Assembly: GCA_964016885.1 (NCBI GenBank)
Contig: OZ024740.1
Span: forward strand, 229,896,001-229,960,000
From: Eledone cirrhosa
Taxonomy: Eukaryota
DNA: 64,000 nt
Direction: 5' to 3'
A program made the translations under genes and the position numbers. Within the stretch, counting starts at the first letter, position 1, and every line of letters starts with the position of its first letter. This document shows, piece by piece, positions 13,282 through 26,875 of the stretch. The notes beneath the pieces are model-generated. The model was not told the origin of the DNA and searched no databases. It saw only the letters and a program-made list of their open reading frames with translations.

Positions 13282-13515
13282 GTGGGACACTGGAAGGTAA
13301 TATCCGCAGTGGTAGAGCACTCAGTCCAAGGGACGAGTTAGGTAGAAGTGGTTACACAACAGTTAGTTCACCATACCGAGAACAATTGTTTCACCTTCGC
13401 GGATCTTCAGCTCGGGATGTTTATAGGGCCTTATAAAAATACACATCCCGAGCTGAAGATCCGCGAAGGTGAAACAATTGTTCTCGGTATGGTGAACTAA
13501 CTGTTGTGTAACCAC

Positions 13516-13520
<5 letters not shown>
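13278..13520. mobile_element. Fold-back cassette with an HHR on each strand (family E)
   Basis: Perfect arms 13343-13420 / 13443-13520; catcccgag-CTGAAGA(13453-9)-tccgcgaaggt-GAAA-caattg-TT-ctcggtatg; (TA)n on both sides. Confidence 0.85.
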
Positions 13521-13954
<434 letters not shown>

Positions 13955-14019
13955 TGTATAATTATGTAATAAACATAAGACAATTATATATATATATATA
14001 AATCATTGTAACAGAAGAG

Positions 14020-14600
14020 CCAGGTACAATTCTACAACAGGACATAATTTTGTTCTTTGTAACCTCTCCATCGGTGTTCTTGGACTGCTATAATGTCAAT
14101 TTTCTGGGCTTCTGTACCTCGGATTAATTGAACCATTTTACACTCTTTAACAGTGTTCGCACGTTATAGGTTGATAAAATTATTTTTGGTAGTTTTTGGC
14201 GGGATCTATTAGTGTTCACACTTCCGTTATGGCTTTCATGTGAGCATATCATACTGACATAGTACAGACTATTCCGCATGGACCACCAGTTAGGTTAGGT
14301 GCTAGTTTTATTTCCTGTATTTTCTGTAATCAGTAGAAATCCAATGGTGGATGATTAGCCCTACCATCTTCGCCAGAGCTCACGATGGTCTTCTGGGAGG
14401 TGAACCAATGTTTCTACAAACTGCACCACGTTGAGGTGAGAGTTGGTCTTTGCAGTTGGCGATTGTCATGGATTGGTCATCAAATCCAGCATCCAATTGG
14501 TAACTACATGCTGAGTATCTTGTGCTACATCAACTACCATGAGGTCGTAGAAAGAGACAAAGACCGAAGACTACATCCCAAAAAGTCATAGTAATTCAGC
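14020..14600 (-). mobile_element. RTE LINE 5' UTR plus APE N-terminus, decayed
   Basis: Minus frames give ILSTYNVRTLLKS and IDIIAVQEHRW. Confidence 0.7.
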
Positions 14601-14674
14601 AAAAATCCAATGATAGAAATGCTTTGGCAGCTTTTATTTTATCTCCCACATGACATTATGACATTATTTTAATA

Positions 14675-14865
14675 GGGCGATGGATTGGCAGTATCGGTAG
14701 AGGGTCGGACGCCATGCTTTGACGCATAGAGTTACGGCCCTTGCCATTCTGAGTTCAAATCCCGCCGAGGTTAACTTTACCTTTCATCCTTACGGGGTCG
14801 ATAAAATAAAGTACCAGTAATACACTGGAATAATTGCTGGCCCTGTGCCAATAGTAGAAACAATT
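14675..14865 (+). mobile_element. Full-length tRNA-derived SINE
   Basis: A and B boxes; TSD attattttaata; a truncated minus copy follows at 14936-15026. Confidence 0.9.
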
Positions 14866-15371
14866 ATTTTAATAAGGTTTATGTATGTGGACATATTTCT
14901 CTGTGTTCTATTATTTCATTTGAAATAATAAATATTTGTTTCTACTTTAGGCACAAGGCCAGCAATTACCCAGTTCATTACTGGTACTTTATTTCATCGA
15001 CCCCGTAAGGATGAAAGGCAAAGTCAAAATAAATATTGATTGATAGATTGATATATATCATCATTGCGACCACAGTCGAGCAACGTTGACAAAGTCTCTT
15101 CTCCACAAATCACGATTCTCCATTGCTCCTGACAGTTGCTTCTTATTAAGGTTTGTATCATCTGAGAGTTGACCGAGGAATGTTCGAGTGAGAGTTGGTT
15201 CCTACAATGGTAACTTGTGTATAACTTCCTGCTTCCTTCTCCAGCACTGTCCTGCAAATCGTAACCATCTTTGAGTAACTGTAGCCGTTATCTTGGGCAA
15301 GTTTTCTATGTATATAATGTATTTTTTCGGTATTAGTACATTAATTTAGTTTGAGACTCTGGTACACAGTC

Positions 15372-16345
15372 CCTTCTTGTCCTCTCCTACTACTCCACCC
15401 GGCACTCATCCTTGTTCTCAACCCGCTGTAACACCTGTTCTTTCATTTGCAGCCTCACCACTCTCACAGGCATCAACGGTTCATTGCTTATCCGCTACGT
15501 CTTCACGTGCACTTCCACCCCCGTTGTCTATGTACCCCCGGTGTTCCTTTTGTGAGTCCTTATACATCGGACGAATGGGACTCCGTTTGGTGGACCATTT
15601 TGCTGAGCATTTGAGGGACATACGACATGCTATGGATACTCCTGTCGCTCGTCATTCCCGTTCCCCAGGTCACTCTTCCCTACATGTCTCAGTCCTTGGT
15701 GTCCTTTTACATAACGGATCACTGGCCTCACGCACTAGGACTGATCAGAGTTTGATTTTCCGCCTCGGGTCATGTTTCCCTCATAAACTCAAATCCCCTC
15801 CCCAATTACTTTAATATTACACATTCGTACTTACTTCTCTACCCCTTGCCCCCATCATGTTTACCCCGTCCGTTATCACACACCCACTTTCACCGCCTAG
15901 ATTCCTATGACTCTCTATGGTCAGAAACATATATTCTTACAGCTGATACAGACCAACTAAATACGGACACACACTTTTCCCTTTTCCCTTCACAGCTCTG
16001 TACACACACACACACTCCCTTATATTAACATAATTTTGCTTACAGCTTCGTACTTACAAGCACACATACACGCACTCTTTACTTACTTATACACAGACAT
16101 ATCCTCTTAGCTTCGTACGGACGTATAATAACACATACACACACACGCACGCGTGCATATCACGTGCACACGTATAGCTCTATTTACAAAACGTTCTGTT
16201 TTTTTCCATTTCAGATAGACGCGCTTCATCATTCACTTTTTTAAAAAAGTATATCATACACAAAACGCCAAAATGGCAACACAAAGGGAATGATATTTTT
16301 CTCTAAAACCAGTTATTCCGTTTCCGCCCTGCCCGTCCCTTCAAT
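15372..16345 (+). mobile_element. PLE 3' fragment: GIY-YIG endonuclease remnant plus pLTR
   Basis: RCSFCESLYIGRMGLRLVDHFAEHLRDIR; paralog of 31418-32882. Confidence 0.8.
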
Positions 16346-16440
16346 TTTTGAGTGGCAGATTATTAATTTTATAATTGTAATTTAGAAATCACTTTATAGA
16401 GCAAGAGTACAAAATGTTCATAAAAACTATTTTAAAAGTC

Positions 16441-17000
16441 TGATTAGATTCTGTGCCAACAATTTTGGTGGACGGGAAAGTCAATTGAATCGGCCCCAGT
16501 GCATTACTGGGACTTTATTTTATCGAACCTGTAAGGATGAAAGGCAAAACTAACCTCCGCGCGATTTGAATGAGGAACGTAAAGAGTCGTAACTATATGC
16601 CGCAAAGTATGGTGTCCGATGCTCTACCCATACTGCTAATCCACCGACCTACAAATAATGATTTCTAGTATAGGCACAAAGCCAGTAATTTGGGGGAGGG
16701 GAAAGTCGATTAAATCGACGCCAGTGCGTGACTGGTACTTTATTTTATCGACCCCCGTAAGGATGAAAGGCAAAGATTTGAACTCAGATTTGAACGGGAT
16801 TTGAACTCAGACCGTAAAGGGCCGTAACTCTATGCTGCAAAGCATGGTGTCCGACTTTCTACCGATACTGCCAATCCAACACCCTACCGACGACCTACAA
16901 ATAATAATAATGTTTTCTGATTTAGGCACAAGGCCAACACTTCTTTTTTTGGGGGGGGGGGTGAAGAAAGTCTATTAAACCCACCCCATTGCATTACTTA
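16441..17000 (-). mobile_element. Tandem SINE cluster (2 long copies and 1 fragment)
   Basis: Long-variant SINE with ggaaagtcgattaaatcgac insert. Confidence 0.85.
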
Positions 17001-17293
17001 GTTTTTATCTTCATTTATTTATTCAGTTACTTTTTATTAAACTGAAATTTAGTGTATCACTGAGTCCACTCATCCATCCCGAAGTGACAGTTGATAAATT
17101 ACCGGTTACAGATTTTAGTTGCTGTTGGTACTCCCCAATCCGATCCAGGCTGGACTGGAGCAACACCGCCTATTCCAGAAATTGAACCCAAGACCTTATG
17201 AATGTGAATCTACCACCCTAGCCACAAACTGACATGTCTTCACCGATTCTGATCAAACTTCATCACTATATCAGTATTCTAACCACATACAGT

Positions 17294-18235
17294 TCTCTAT
17301 TGTACTAATGCTAGAGACCCCACTCTCTAATGTACTAATAATAGATACTCCACTCTCTATTGTACTAATGCTAGAGACCCCACTCTCTAATGTACTAATA
17401 ATAGATACTCCACTCTCTATTGTACTAATGCTAGAGACCCCACTCTCTAATGTACTAATAATAGATACCCCACTCTCCAATGTACGAATAATAGATACCC
17501 CACTCTCTAATGTACGAATAATAGATACCCCACTCTCTATTGTACTAATAATAGATACCCCACTCTCTATTGTACTAATACTAGAGACTCAGCTCTCTGT
17601 CGTACTAATACTAGATAATCCGCTCTCTATGATATTAGGTAGATACACCGCTCTCTGTTATATTAGGTAGATACCCCACTCTCTTAAATTAGCTTGATAC
17701 CCCACTCTCTAATGTACTAATAATAGATACCCTGCTCTCTGTTGTAATAATTGTTTCTACTTTAGGCACAAGGCCAGCAATTACCCAGTACATTACTGGT
17801 ACTTTATTTTATCGATCCCGTAAGGATAAAAGGCAAAGTTAACCTCGGCGGGATTTGAACTCAAACCGTAAAGGGACGTAACTATGCTAGAAAGCATGAC
17901 GTGCAACCCTCTACCGATACTGCCAATTCACCGTTGTAATAATTGTTTCTACTTTAGGCACAAGGCCAGCAATTACCCAGTGCATTACTGGTACTTTATT
18001 TTATCGACCCCGTAAGGATGAAAGGCACAGTCAACCTCGGCGGGATTTGAAATCACCGTTGTAATAATACTAGAGAATCAGCTCTCTGTTGCACTAATAC
18101 TAGATAACCCGCTCTCAAATGTATTAGCTAGATACCCCGCTTTCTATTATATTAGCTAGATACCCCGCTCTCTATTATATTAGCTTGATGCCCAGCTCTC
18201 TAACGTACTAGCTAGATACAGCGCTCTCTATTGTA
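17294..18235. repeat. 30-bp minisatellite interrupted by two minus-strand SINEs (17748-18051)
   Basis: Unit tgtactaataatagataccccactctctaa. Confidence 0.9.
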
Positions 18236-18622
18236 AAACAACAACAACATAAAACATGTCATCATTGTATATAAAGAGAGAGAATGTTGAGCGACTAGAT
18301 ATCAGCTGACTCGCTCATTCACTTATGTTTCGTGTCAAGATGACACTCAGCTATAATACATACATATCGCTGAACTAATACAGCATTGAGGTACACACAC
18401 ACAAACACACACACACACACATACACACTCACTATATATAGGTGTGTGTAGAAGTTATTACATGTCTGTCAGTCTGCCTGAAAGTCAATCTATTATTATC
18501 AATTTATATGTATGCAACTATGTATCTATCTTCGGACAAGAATAAAACAAAAACAACAGCACAAATACATGCAGTAGTCGGAATATAGATAGATAGGTAA
18601 ATAGATAGATAGATAGATAGAG

Positions 18623-18696
<74 letters not shown>

Positions 18697-18698
<2 letters not shown>

Positions 18699-19622
18699 TT
18701 CTTTATTTGTCACAAGAGCGCACAAGAAAAGGGAACAATACAAAGACACATGCCCGGGATTTTACATACAGTCGTGTAAAAAAAATATATAAAACAAACA
18801 ATTATAACAATCGAAATCCCCAATAGGGGGGAGACGCCATAAATTGGTTGTTTAATAACCCGTCGATAGAATAACCCTCAACTTCAGGAGCGTGTTGTGC
18901 AAGTGCTCCCTTCTTCCTTTTGCTCTCTTCTTTAACCTACAGGCTTATAAACAGAGAAGGCCCAATCACTCGGGCCATTTTCGCTTCATTCACCTACCTT
19001 TCAGTAAATTTACTGGGGTGCAGTGCCTCTCTCTCTCCACTCTGATTCTTCTTCTAAAGTTATACTTAAAGAAGGGAATCAATTGTTGTCCGGAGAGAAA
19101 GGCATCTGTCCTCAGTCCTCTCAATCTCGTCCACCATATAACTTCTTTCACCATAGCCACTGTACAGAAGAAAACCGCCTCTCTTTCGTTTTTGAAAGAG
19201 GCTGGCGGTTTGATCCTTACTATGGACTCAGCAGTCAACTGGATTTGTCCCATACGCGACAGCAGTTGTTCTGCATAGTTCCACAGGTCGGTTACGCCCG
19301 GGCAGTGTACAATTTCGTGCAAGATGGTTTCAATGCCCTGCTAGCATCTTGGACACGTCCTCTTGGAAGGATCCCTGTCCGTGCCTGTAGATCTTATCTC
19401 GAACGGGTATAGCTCCTCGGTAGCACTGCCAGGTCAGGGACCTCTGGAAGTTGTCCATAGGTCCCGGGCGGAAAGTCCTACCGAACAGACTGGTGAGCTC
19501 GTCGTCTTCGACGCCTAGAGTCTCCCCGAGCACGTCGTCGCACTTGTAAGAATGTCGAAGTGGAGTCTCCACTGAGTGCTGTGCCCGCTTGACAGAGGAC
19601 TGTGAGCGCCTGGGCGCATTCA
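18697..19622 (-). mobile_element. 5'-truncated Tx1/L1-like LINE 3' end embedded in (GATA)n
   Basis: WQCYRGAIPVRDKIYRHG, TCPRC...ETILHEIVHCP..LW zinc knuckle, MVKEVIWWTR; 3' end aaataaagaa then (TCTA)n; (GATA)n at both ends. Confidence 0.8.
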
Positions 19623-19814
19623 ATAGATAGATAGATATGTATGTATGTAGGTAGGTAACACAAAGACATTGTTTTCGAGATTTAATAATGATTAAAGAGA
19701 ATAAGGAAAAAAATTATAATTTCTTTAAAGGAATGTAAAATTAAAAACAAAGACCAGAGTGACAAGAGGAAAACGTTCACGGAAAATCGAAAAATCAAAT
19801 ATCTTTTAACCTTT

Positions 19815-19858
<44 letters not shown>

Positions 19859-19861
<3 letters not shown>

Positions 19862-20053
19862 TAGAACACTGCCGGTAATATCCGTAGTGGTAGAGCCCCC
19901 AGCCCATGGGACAAGTTCGGTAGGGGTAGTTACACAACAGTTAGTTCACCATACCGAGAACAATTGTTTCACCTTAGCGGATCTTCAGGAGCTGAAGATC
20001 CTCTAAGGTGAAACAATCGTTCTCGGTATGGTGAACTAACTGTTGTGTTACTA

Positions 20054-20057
<4 letters not shown>
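19859..20057. mobile_element. Fold-back cassette, family E, second copy
   Basis: Arms 19926-19988 / 19992-20055 with a 3-nt loop; CTGAAGA-tcctctaaggt-GAAA-caatcg-TT. Confidence 0.85.
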
Positions 20058-20139
<82 letters not shown>

Positions 20140-20263
20140 TTAGTTAAGCAAAACAAGACCACAAATTTCACAAGGAAGACATTATTAAAAGATTGTCAAC
20201 ATATTTAATTTGATGTAAGGAATGTAGAGAATAATAATAATAATATTAATAATAATAGTGTCC

Positions 20264-20384
20264 GTTTACAATTGTTTCGCTACTCCATATAATATTTCTG
20301 GATCAGATGACTATATATCATTATTGATCTGGTTCAGTTGAAAATAATTAACATATTTAAAAACAGAGCGGCTCATCAGAACTT
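20264..20384 (-). ncRNA. Candidate HHR with a long insertion in stem II
   Basis: gtt-CTGATGA-gccgctctg...tggagtagc-GAAA-caattg-TA-aac. Confidence 0.5.
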
Positions 20385-20969
20385 CAAAGGAATATAAATT
20401 AAAATAAAGAGAGAATGTTACATAATGTAATGTCCCATATATTGGTATTTCACTATGGTGTCCTGGTTGTATCAATTGTCAGCCATAATCAAGCAGTATT
20501 CATCTGTCGAGGCTGCATTGTTTGAGATCCATCAACTGGATGGATGTGAATCCGAAATATATAGGGACTATTAAATCTCTCCCAAGGTAACTCTCTCTCG
20601 TGTTGTTATTTTAATTTTATCCTTTATACTCTTTCCTTCATTCTTCTACACGTCTTATACACACCACGCATCTCAACGTACACTCACTTACATCTCTCTC
20701 TCCACCACTTGATCTTCTTACCCGGAGATTTACCCATTTGCATTGTCGAGGCTTCCAAACGACTTAAAGATATTTACATATATATATACATATATTTATT
20801 AAAATAACAGATTAAAGTTTAAGCAAAGAATCGCTATTTAATCTGTTATTTGCTCTACGGTTCTTATATATTTAATATATATTTATCCTTATCGAACCCT
20901 CTTTGGATTTTAGTCTTCAAATTTTTTATTATAACTATATATATATATACACACATATATATATATATA

Positions 20970-21191
20970 TCTTCCTATCTACGGTTAGCTTTCCTCTTTG
21001 TTGTTTACTTGTCTCACTCGCTTTACGCGTTTTAATTGTCCTAATAACTTAATTTAGTTATTATTGCATCAACGTGAGCTATATGATTTTTAATGCAATG
21101 AAATATCTATGATCGTTGGCAAATCACTGATGAGGGACTCATTTTATAACATGTTATCCATGTGCAACCTGCAGTATTCTTCTCCCCATTT

Positions 21192-21197
<6 letters not shown>
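20970..21197 (+). mobile_element. TA-flanked repeat, family G (probable PLE pLTR)
   Basis: Reverse complement of 36222-36450 and 52600-52830; contains CTGATGA. Confidence 0.6.
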
Positions 21198-21265
<68 letters not shown>

Positions 21266-21269
<4 letters not shown>

Positions 21270-21448
21270 GTTTCTACGTTAGGCACAAGGCCAGCAATTA
21301 CCCAGTGCATTACTGGTACTTTATTTTATCGACCCCGTAAGGATGAAAGGCAAAGTTAACCTCGGCGGGATTTGAACTCAGAATGGCAAGGGCCGTAACT
21401 CTATACGTCAAAGCATGGCGTCCGACCCTCTACCGATACTGCCAATCC
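21266..21448 (-). mobile_element. tRNA-derived SINE in (TA)n
   Basis: Near-consensus copy. Confidence 0.9.
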
Positions 21449-21913
21449 AATATATATATAGCTAGTTGGTCAGTCGTCCTCTCTGTCTCTGTCTCTGATT
21501 TTTCGGACCCATGGTTTTTTACATATTCCTTTGTTAGATTCCAATAACTGATGATATCACCGGATTCATATGGAACCCATTCATTAAAATGATCATAGTA
21601 TAATAAACCTTTCAAGGATTTACACCAGTCCAGCCTCCTGTTATTTTATTTCATTTATATATATATATTTGTATATTTGTATCGGTTCTCCGAAATAGCG
21701 ATATACATATGAATGTACGTATTATATATTTAATAATATACAAGATGTTTATGAAAAACATTTTAAAAAGCAAAAGCAGGAGGGAGTAATCCCCGTCTCA
21801 AGTCGTGTGAGTGGAATTGGGTAGACAGTAGCTGTGTTTGAAGCCCATCGAATGGATTCATTATTTAGTAGTTTCTGAATTAAATATATGGGAAAATGTT
21901 TCTATATCGATAC

Positions 21914-21945
<32 letters not shown>

Positions 21946-21975
21946 TTACTTATTTATTTATATATACATATTATG

Positions 21976-22007
<32 letters not shown>

Positions 22008-22237
22008 AGTAGACATATATATGCTTGCATGTATGTATGCATGTAAGTAAGCATATCTCTATGTATGTTTGAAATATATTGTAACTAATCGTGACCTCGT
22101 ATGAGTAATAATTTTGTGCATGACGTCACTATTATAATGTGATCGTATCACAAGGCGATTTCATACAATCACATCACCGTTATTCACGTTTTCAACAGAA
22201 GAAGACGAGAAAATTACAAGAAAGGAGAAAAAGCTAA

Positions 22238-22276
<39 letters not shown>

Positions 22277-22571
22277 AAATGGTGAAGAAAATAAAAGAAA
22301 AGTCTTTGAGAATCTTCTAGGAATTCGAATTTCGTTGTGCAATTGGTTGCGTTGGTAATCAGATGCGAGGGATGACGGGTGCAAAGAGAGATAGACATTT
22401 TAATATATATACGCTGTTTACACTTTATACAGCAACCACCGTTGCTGCAGTAGCTGCAGCAGCTGACACATTATGCAGCATTAAACTGATTCTGATTCTT
22501 GCAGCAAGAAGAAGCGACAACATTAAAAAAAAAAAAATGCAACAAGAACACCAATATCCAGGGCTAGCGCT

Positions 22572-23320
22572 ATTATTAAGGCTAACTAGGCAGCCACACA
22601 GGGCGCAGACCTCTGTGAGGTACTATCATTAAGGCTAACTAGGTAGCCATCTAGGGCTCAGACCTCAATGAGACGCTACCATTAAGGTTAACTAGGCAGC
22701 CACACAGGGCGCATACCTCAGTGAGGTACTATCATTAAGGCTAACTAGGTAACCAGCTAGGGCTCAGACCTCAATGAGACGCTACCATTAAGGTTAACTA
22801 GGCAGCTACAATGGGCGCAGACCTCAGTGAGGTACTATCATTAAGGCTAACTAGGCAGCCATCTAGGGCGCAGACCTCAATGAGGCGCTACCATTAAAGC
22901 TAACTAAGTAGCCAGCTAGGGCTCAGACCTCAATGAGACGCTACCATTAAGGTTAACTAGGCAGGCACATAGGGCGCAGACCTCAACGAGACGCTACCAT
23001 TAAGGCCTACTATGATGCGCCTATCTCTATGAGGTGCCACCATTAAGACTAAGTATGATGCCACATAGGGTGCGTATCTCTATCAGGTGACACCATTAAA
23101 GCTAACTAGGCAGTCTTCTAGGATGTAGACCTCGGTGAGGCGCTACGATTAAGATTAACTAAGCAGCCTTCTAGGGTGCAGACCTCAATGAGACGCTTCC
23201 ATTAAGGCTAACTAGGCAGCTACATAGGGCGCATACCTCAGTGAGGTGTTACCATTAAGAGACGCTACGATTATGGTTAACTGGGCAGTTTTCTTGCGTG
23301 CAGACCTCAGTGAGTCGCAT
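22572..23320. repeat. 53-bp minisatellite, ~14 units
   Basis: cattaagg recurs at 22627, 22680, 22733 and onward. Confidence 0.95.
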
Positions 23321-23381
23321 TACTGAACTTTAAAGGATAATAGTTTCATACAAATGTATATAATTAAATTAAGTATATAAT

Positions 23382-25211
23382 AATTGTTTCTACTTTAGGC
23401 ACAAGGCCAGCAAATTACCCAGTACATTACTGGTACTTTATTTTATCGACCCCGTAAGGATGAAAGGCAAAGTCAACCTCGGCGGGATTAAGTATATAAT
23501 AATTTCTTGTGATCAGTAATAAATAAACCACTTAACATCTTTGCTATGTAGTAGCGTTGTGGAAATATCCAAAGTGATTCAGAGAGAGCCGTATGGTGTT
23601 AAAATCTGTCGCATAATTTGGCGTAGTTCAGTTTGCCCTGTATAGCAGAAAATGCACCAGGAGGTCACATTCGACTTTTCCGTAGGCAGGGTTTCCCAAC
23701 ATTTTTCCTACCGTTTATCCAGCGGCAACTTTACGAAAATCTCCCCCATCCAATTTGAGGATAAATTCAGCCCCATCTTAATTAGACATTTCTAAGACAC
23801 ATGGTAGTAAAACACACACCTGATGATTAGAGAGAATGACTGAAAAGTGTTGTCATAATGGTGTTTGTTTCAGATCTGTATTTCAATTCTTGAAAGAGTT
23901 ATTCCCCCTAGAAATAGACAACTCCATTAATAACACAATAATTAAGAAGTATATATATATAGAGCGGTGGATTGACAGAATCGGTCGAACGCCGGACAAC
24001 ATGCGCTATGGCATAGGGTTACGCCCCTTTACGAGTTCAAATCCTGTCGAGGTTATCTTTGCCTTTCATCCTTACGAGGTCGATAAAATAAAATACCAGT
24101 AATGTACTGAAGTCGATTTAATCGACATTCCCCTCCCCCAAAATTGTTGGCCTTGTGCCTAAATCAGAAACCAATAATTAAGAAGTATATAACTGTTTCT
24201 ATTTTGGGCACAAGGCCAGCAATTTGAAGAGAAGAGGAAAGTCGATTACTTTATTTTATCAACCCTGGCAAGTATGAAAGGCAAAGCTAACCTCGGTGGG
24301 ATTTGAACTTAAAACATATAGGGACGTAACTATATGCCACAAAGGATGCTGTCCGATGCTCTGCGGATACTGCCTACCCCCCCCCACCCCAGAAAAGTAT
24401 ATAATATGAGTAATTCAACCATGACAATTTATTATTTATAAACAAAATAGAGGCGGTGAATTGGCAGTATCGGTAGAGGGTCGGACGCCATGCTTTAACG
24501 TATAGAGTTACGGCCCTTGCCATTCTGAATTCAAATCCCGCCAAGGTTAACTTTGCCTTTCATCCTTACAGGGTCGATAAAATAAAGTACCACTAATGCA
24601 CTCGGTAATTTCTGGCCTTGTGCCTAACGTAGAAACAATTATTTATAAACAAAATATACCTTCAAATTTTCTTCCCAATTTCAAAATGTTTTAAAACTTT
24701 CGTTATCACATTTCTACTGAAATATATTGACTGAATCAGTGAAGGTATTTATTTATTTATCTTAATTATAAATTGGTCAACCATACAAAAAAAGAAAGCT
24801 GTATTGGAAAGGACTATAAATGCCATAAATGAGATGAAAGGGAGTGAAAGAGCAAGGACTACTAGACAAAGGAAGAAAGGTGGGGAGAGAGTGACAGACT
24901 CTACACCTAAGTCAGATCGTTGTTTCGGCTGCACCCCGGGGACAAAATGGTAAAGGCTGAAATAACTTTGAAAATAAACAAGAATTTAGTAAAATAATTT
25001 TTTCTGTAGTAAGATTGGAACATTACTGGTGGATTGGCAGTATCGGTAGAGGATCGGACGCCATGCTTTCCAGCATAGTTACGTCCCTTTACGATCTGAG
25101 TTCAAATCCCGCCGAGGTTGACTTTGCCTTTCATCCTTACGGGGTCGATAAAATAAAGTACCAGTAATGCACTGGGTAATTGCTGGCCTTGTGCCTAAAG
25201 TAGAAACAATT
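23382..25211. mobile_element. Cluster of five SINEs (23382-23488 -, 23964-24172 +, 24191-24376 -, 24451-24638 +, 25029-25211 +)
   Basis: Family consensus; TSDs such as ttaagtatataataatt, aataattaagaagtatata and ttatttataaacaaaata. Confidence 0.85.
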
Positions 25212-26659
25212 ACTTAACCGAACAAAATTATAAGGAAAGGTTTTAATATCACTTTAAAAGGAGAAGTTTTCGATCATTAAACTAGGAGCTGTTTCAGCCG
25301 TTTTTTTTTTTTAAAGGCAAATTTACACAAGAGTAGGCGAAATTTACGCTTTGGGTCTTAGTCTGACCAACAGCAAAGGGTTTATCTATACTCACGAGCT
25401 TCGCTGTATAATCTTTGCTAAAGTAGACTTCCACCAGTTCCCTTGGATTCTTGTTTCTTACATTTTCTAATAAACATTCTTTCGGCTGCTTTATAGACCT
25501 GACCTATCTATCTGTTTAACGATTTAGTCTTTCCTCATATCAATCACGTATCAAGTATCGCTGGAAGCTATCTTCACAAACACATATACAACTGTGAACA
25601 TGTGTATTTCATCGGAAGATGTTCGTCTGTTTGTCGATGGTATAAAAGAATGAAAGAAACATGGATTGCTAGTTAGTTTATATAAATAGCTTCATAAGCC
25701 AGCGGGAAACCTTAGACAATGAGGTATTAATGTTTAACTATCAGAGAAAAGCAACGCCTGCAGTCATATTTACAAACCTCAAAGTACTTGCATCATAAAA
25801 CAACCACTCAGTATCATTGCATCTCGTAATAGTTTCTCCATTAAGTGATAGGTTCAAGGGTAAGTATAGGGATACTATAGGCGGCGAATTGGCAGAGTCA
25901 TTAGAACGTCAGATAGAATGCTTTGCGGTATTCGTTCTGGCTCTTTGCTCTCTGAGTTCAAATACCGCCGAGGTCAATTTTGCCCTTCATCCATTCGAGG
26001 TCAATAAAAAAAGTACCAGTCTAATATTGGCGTTGATTTTTCTATTTCTCCTTCTCAATCTCTATCCTGAATTTAAAATTTGAACGTAAAGGGCTAAACA
26101 AATACTGCTAAACATTTATCTGATAAATGTACCATGAGTTGTAAGCTTTAGAATTTTCAATTTAGCTAAATGAGAGTGTAGGTGAGGTGATATGAATAGT
26201 GCAGAACTAATTTGAAATCAGGTGCGTAGCTAACAAAAACGTGAAAAGGCCGCTTGTTAGCTCGGACCTAGGGAGCAACATTTCCTTTGGTGTTTCTATT
26301 GCTGATAGTTTTTGCTGGTTGCAACGGATGGTAGAATGAGGTAGGATTTGAACTCAGAATAGAATTAGATTAGATATCTGAACTGGCACATTATCAATCG
26401 ACCCCGAAAGGATGAAAGGCAAAGTTAACATCGGCGGAATTTGAACTTGGGGCGTTTTAGAGAAAACATTAAAATACTCTTCTGATTATTTTCTAAAATG
26501 GTTTCAATTCTTAGAGGAAGCTAATTTATTTCTTTGTGCGTATTTAATTTCAGACAGAAAAGCATGGACGTCACATAATAATTTTCTTTTTCTTCTAGAA
26601 TAAAAGTGTGGTTATGTGTCTCGAGTAAATTGAGTTTAATAATAAGAAAACATCTTAGA

Positions 26660-26875
26660 GCAGTGGATTGGTAGTATCGTTAGATCGTCAGACAATATGC
26701 TGTGCGGCATAGAGTTACGGCCCTTTACGTTCTGAGTTCAAATCCCGTCGAGGTTAGCTTTGCTTTTCATTCTTAAGGGCTCGATAAAATAAACTACCAG
26801 TAATGCACTGGGGTCGATTTAATCGACTTTCTTTTCCCCCGACAATTGTTGGCCTTGTGCCTAAACCAGAAACCA
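26660..26875 (+). mobile_element. tRNA-derived SINE (diverged copies also near 25879-26030 and 26340-26450)
   Basis: A and B boxes and family core. Confidence 0.8.

Noticed and set aside
21470-21637. Further minus-strand exon (RLDWCKSLKGLLYYDHFNEW...)
   Set aside because: It is phase-compatible with 35046-35104, but the acceptor lacks a pyrimidine tract and the segment is TA-flanked like the mobile inserts.
22572-23320. CRISPR-like periodic array
   Set aside because: Whole units are homologous, with no unique spacers or cas genes, in a eukaryotic context.
25029-25110. tRNA gene
   Set aside because: The A and B boxes belong to a multi-copy SINE head and no complete cloverleaf is evident.
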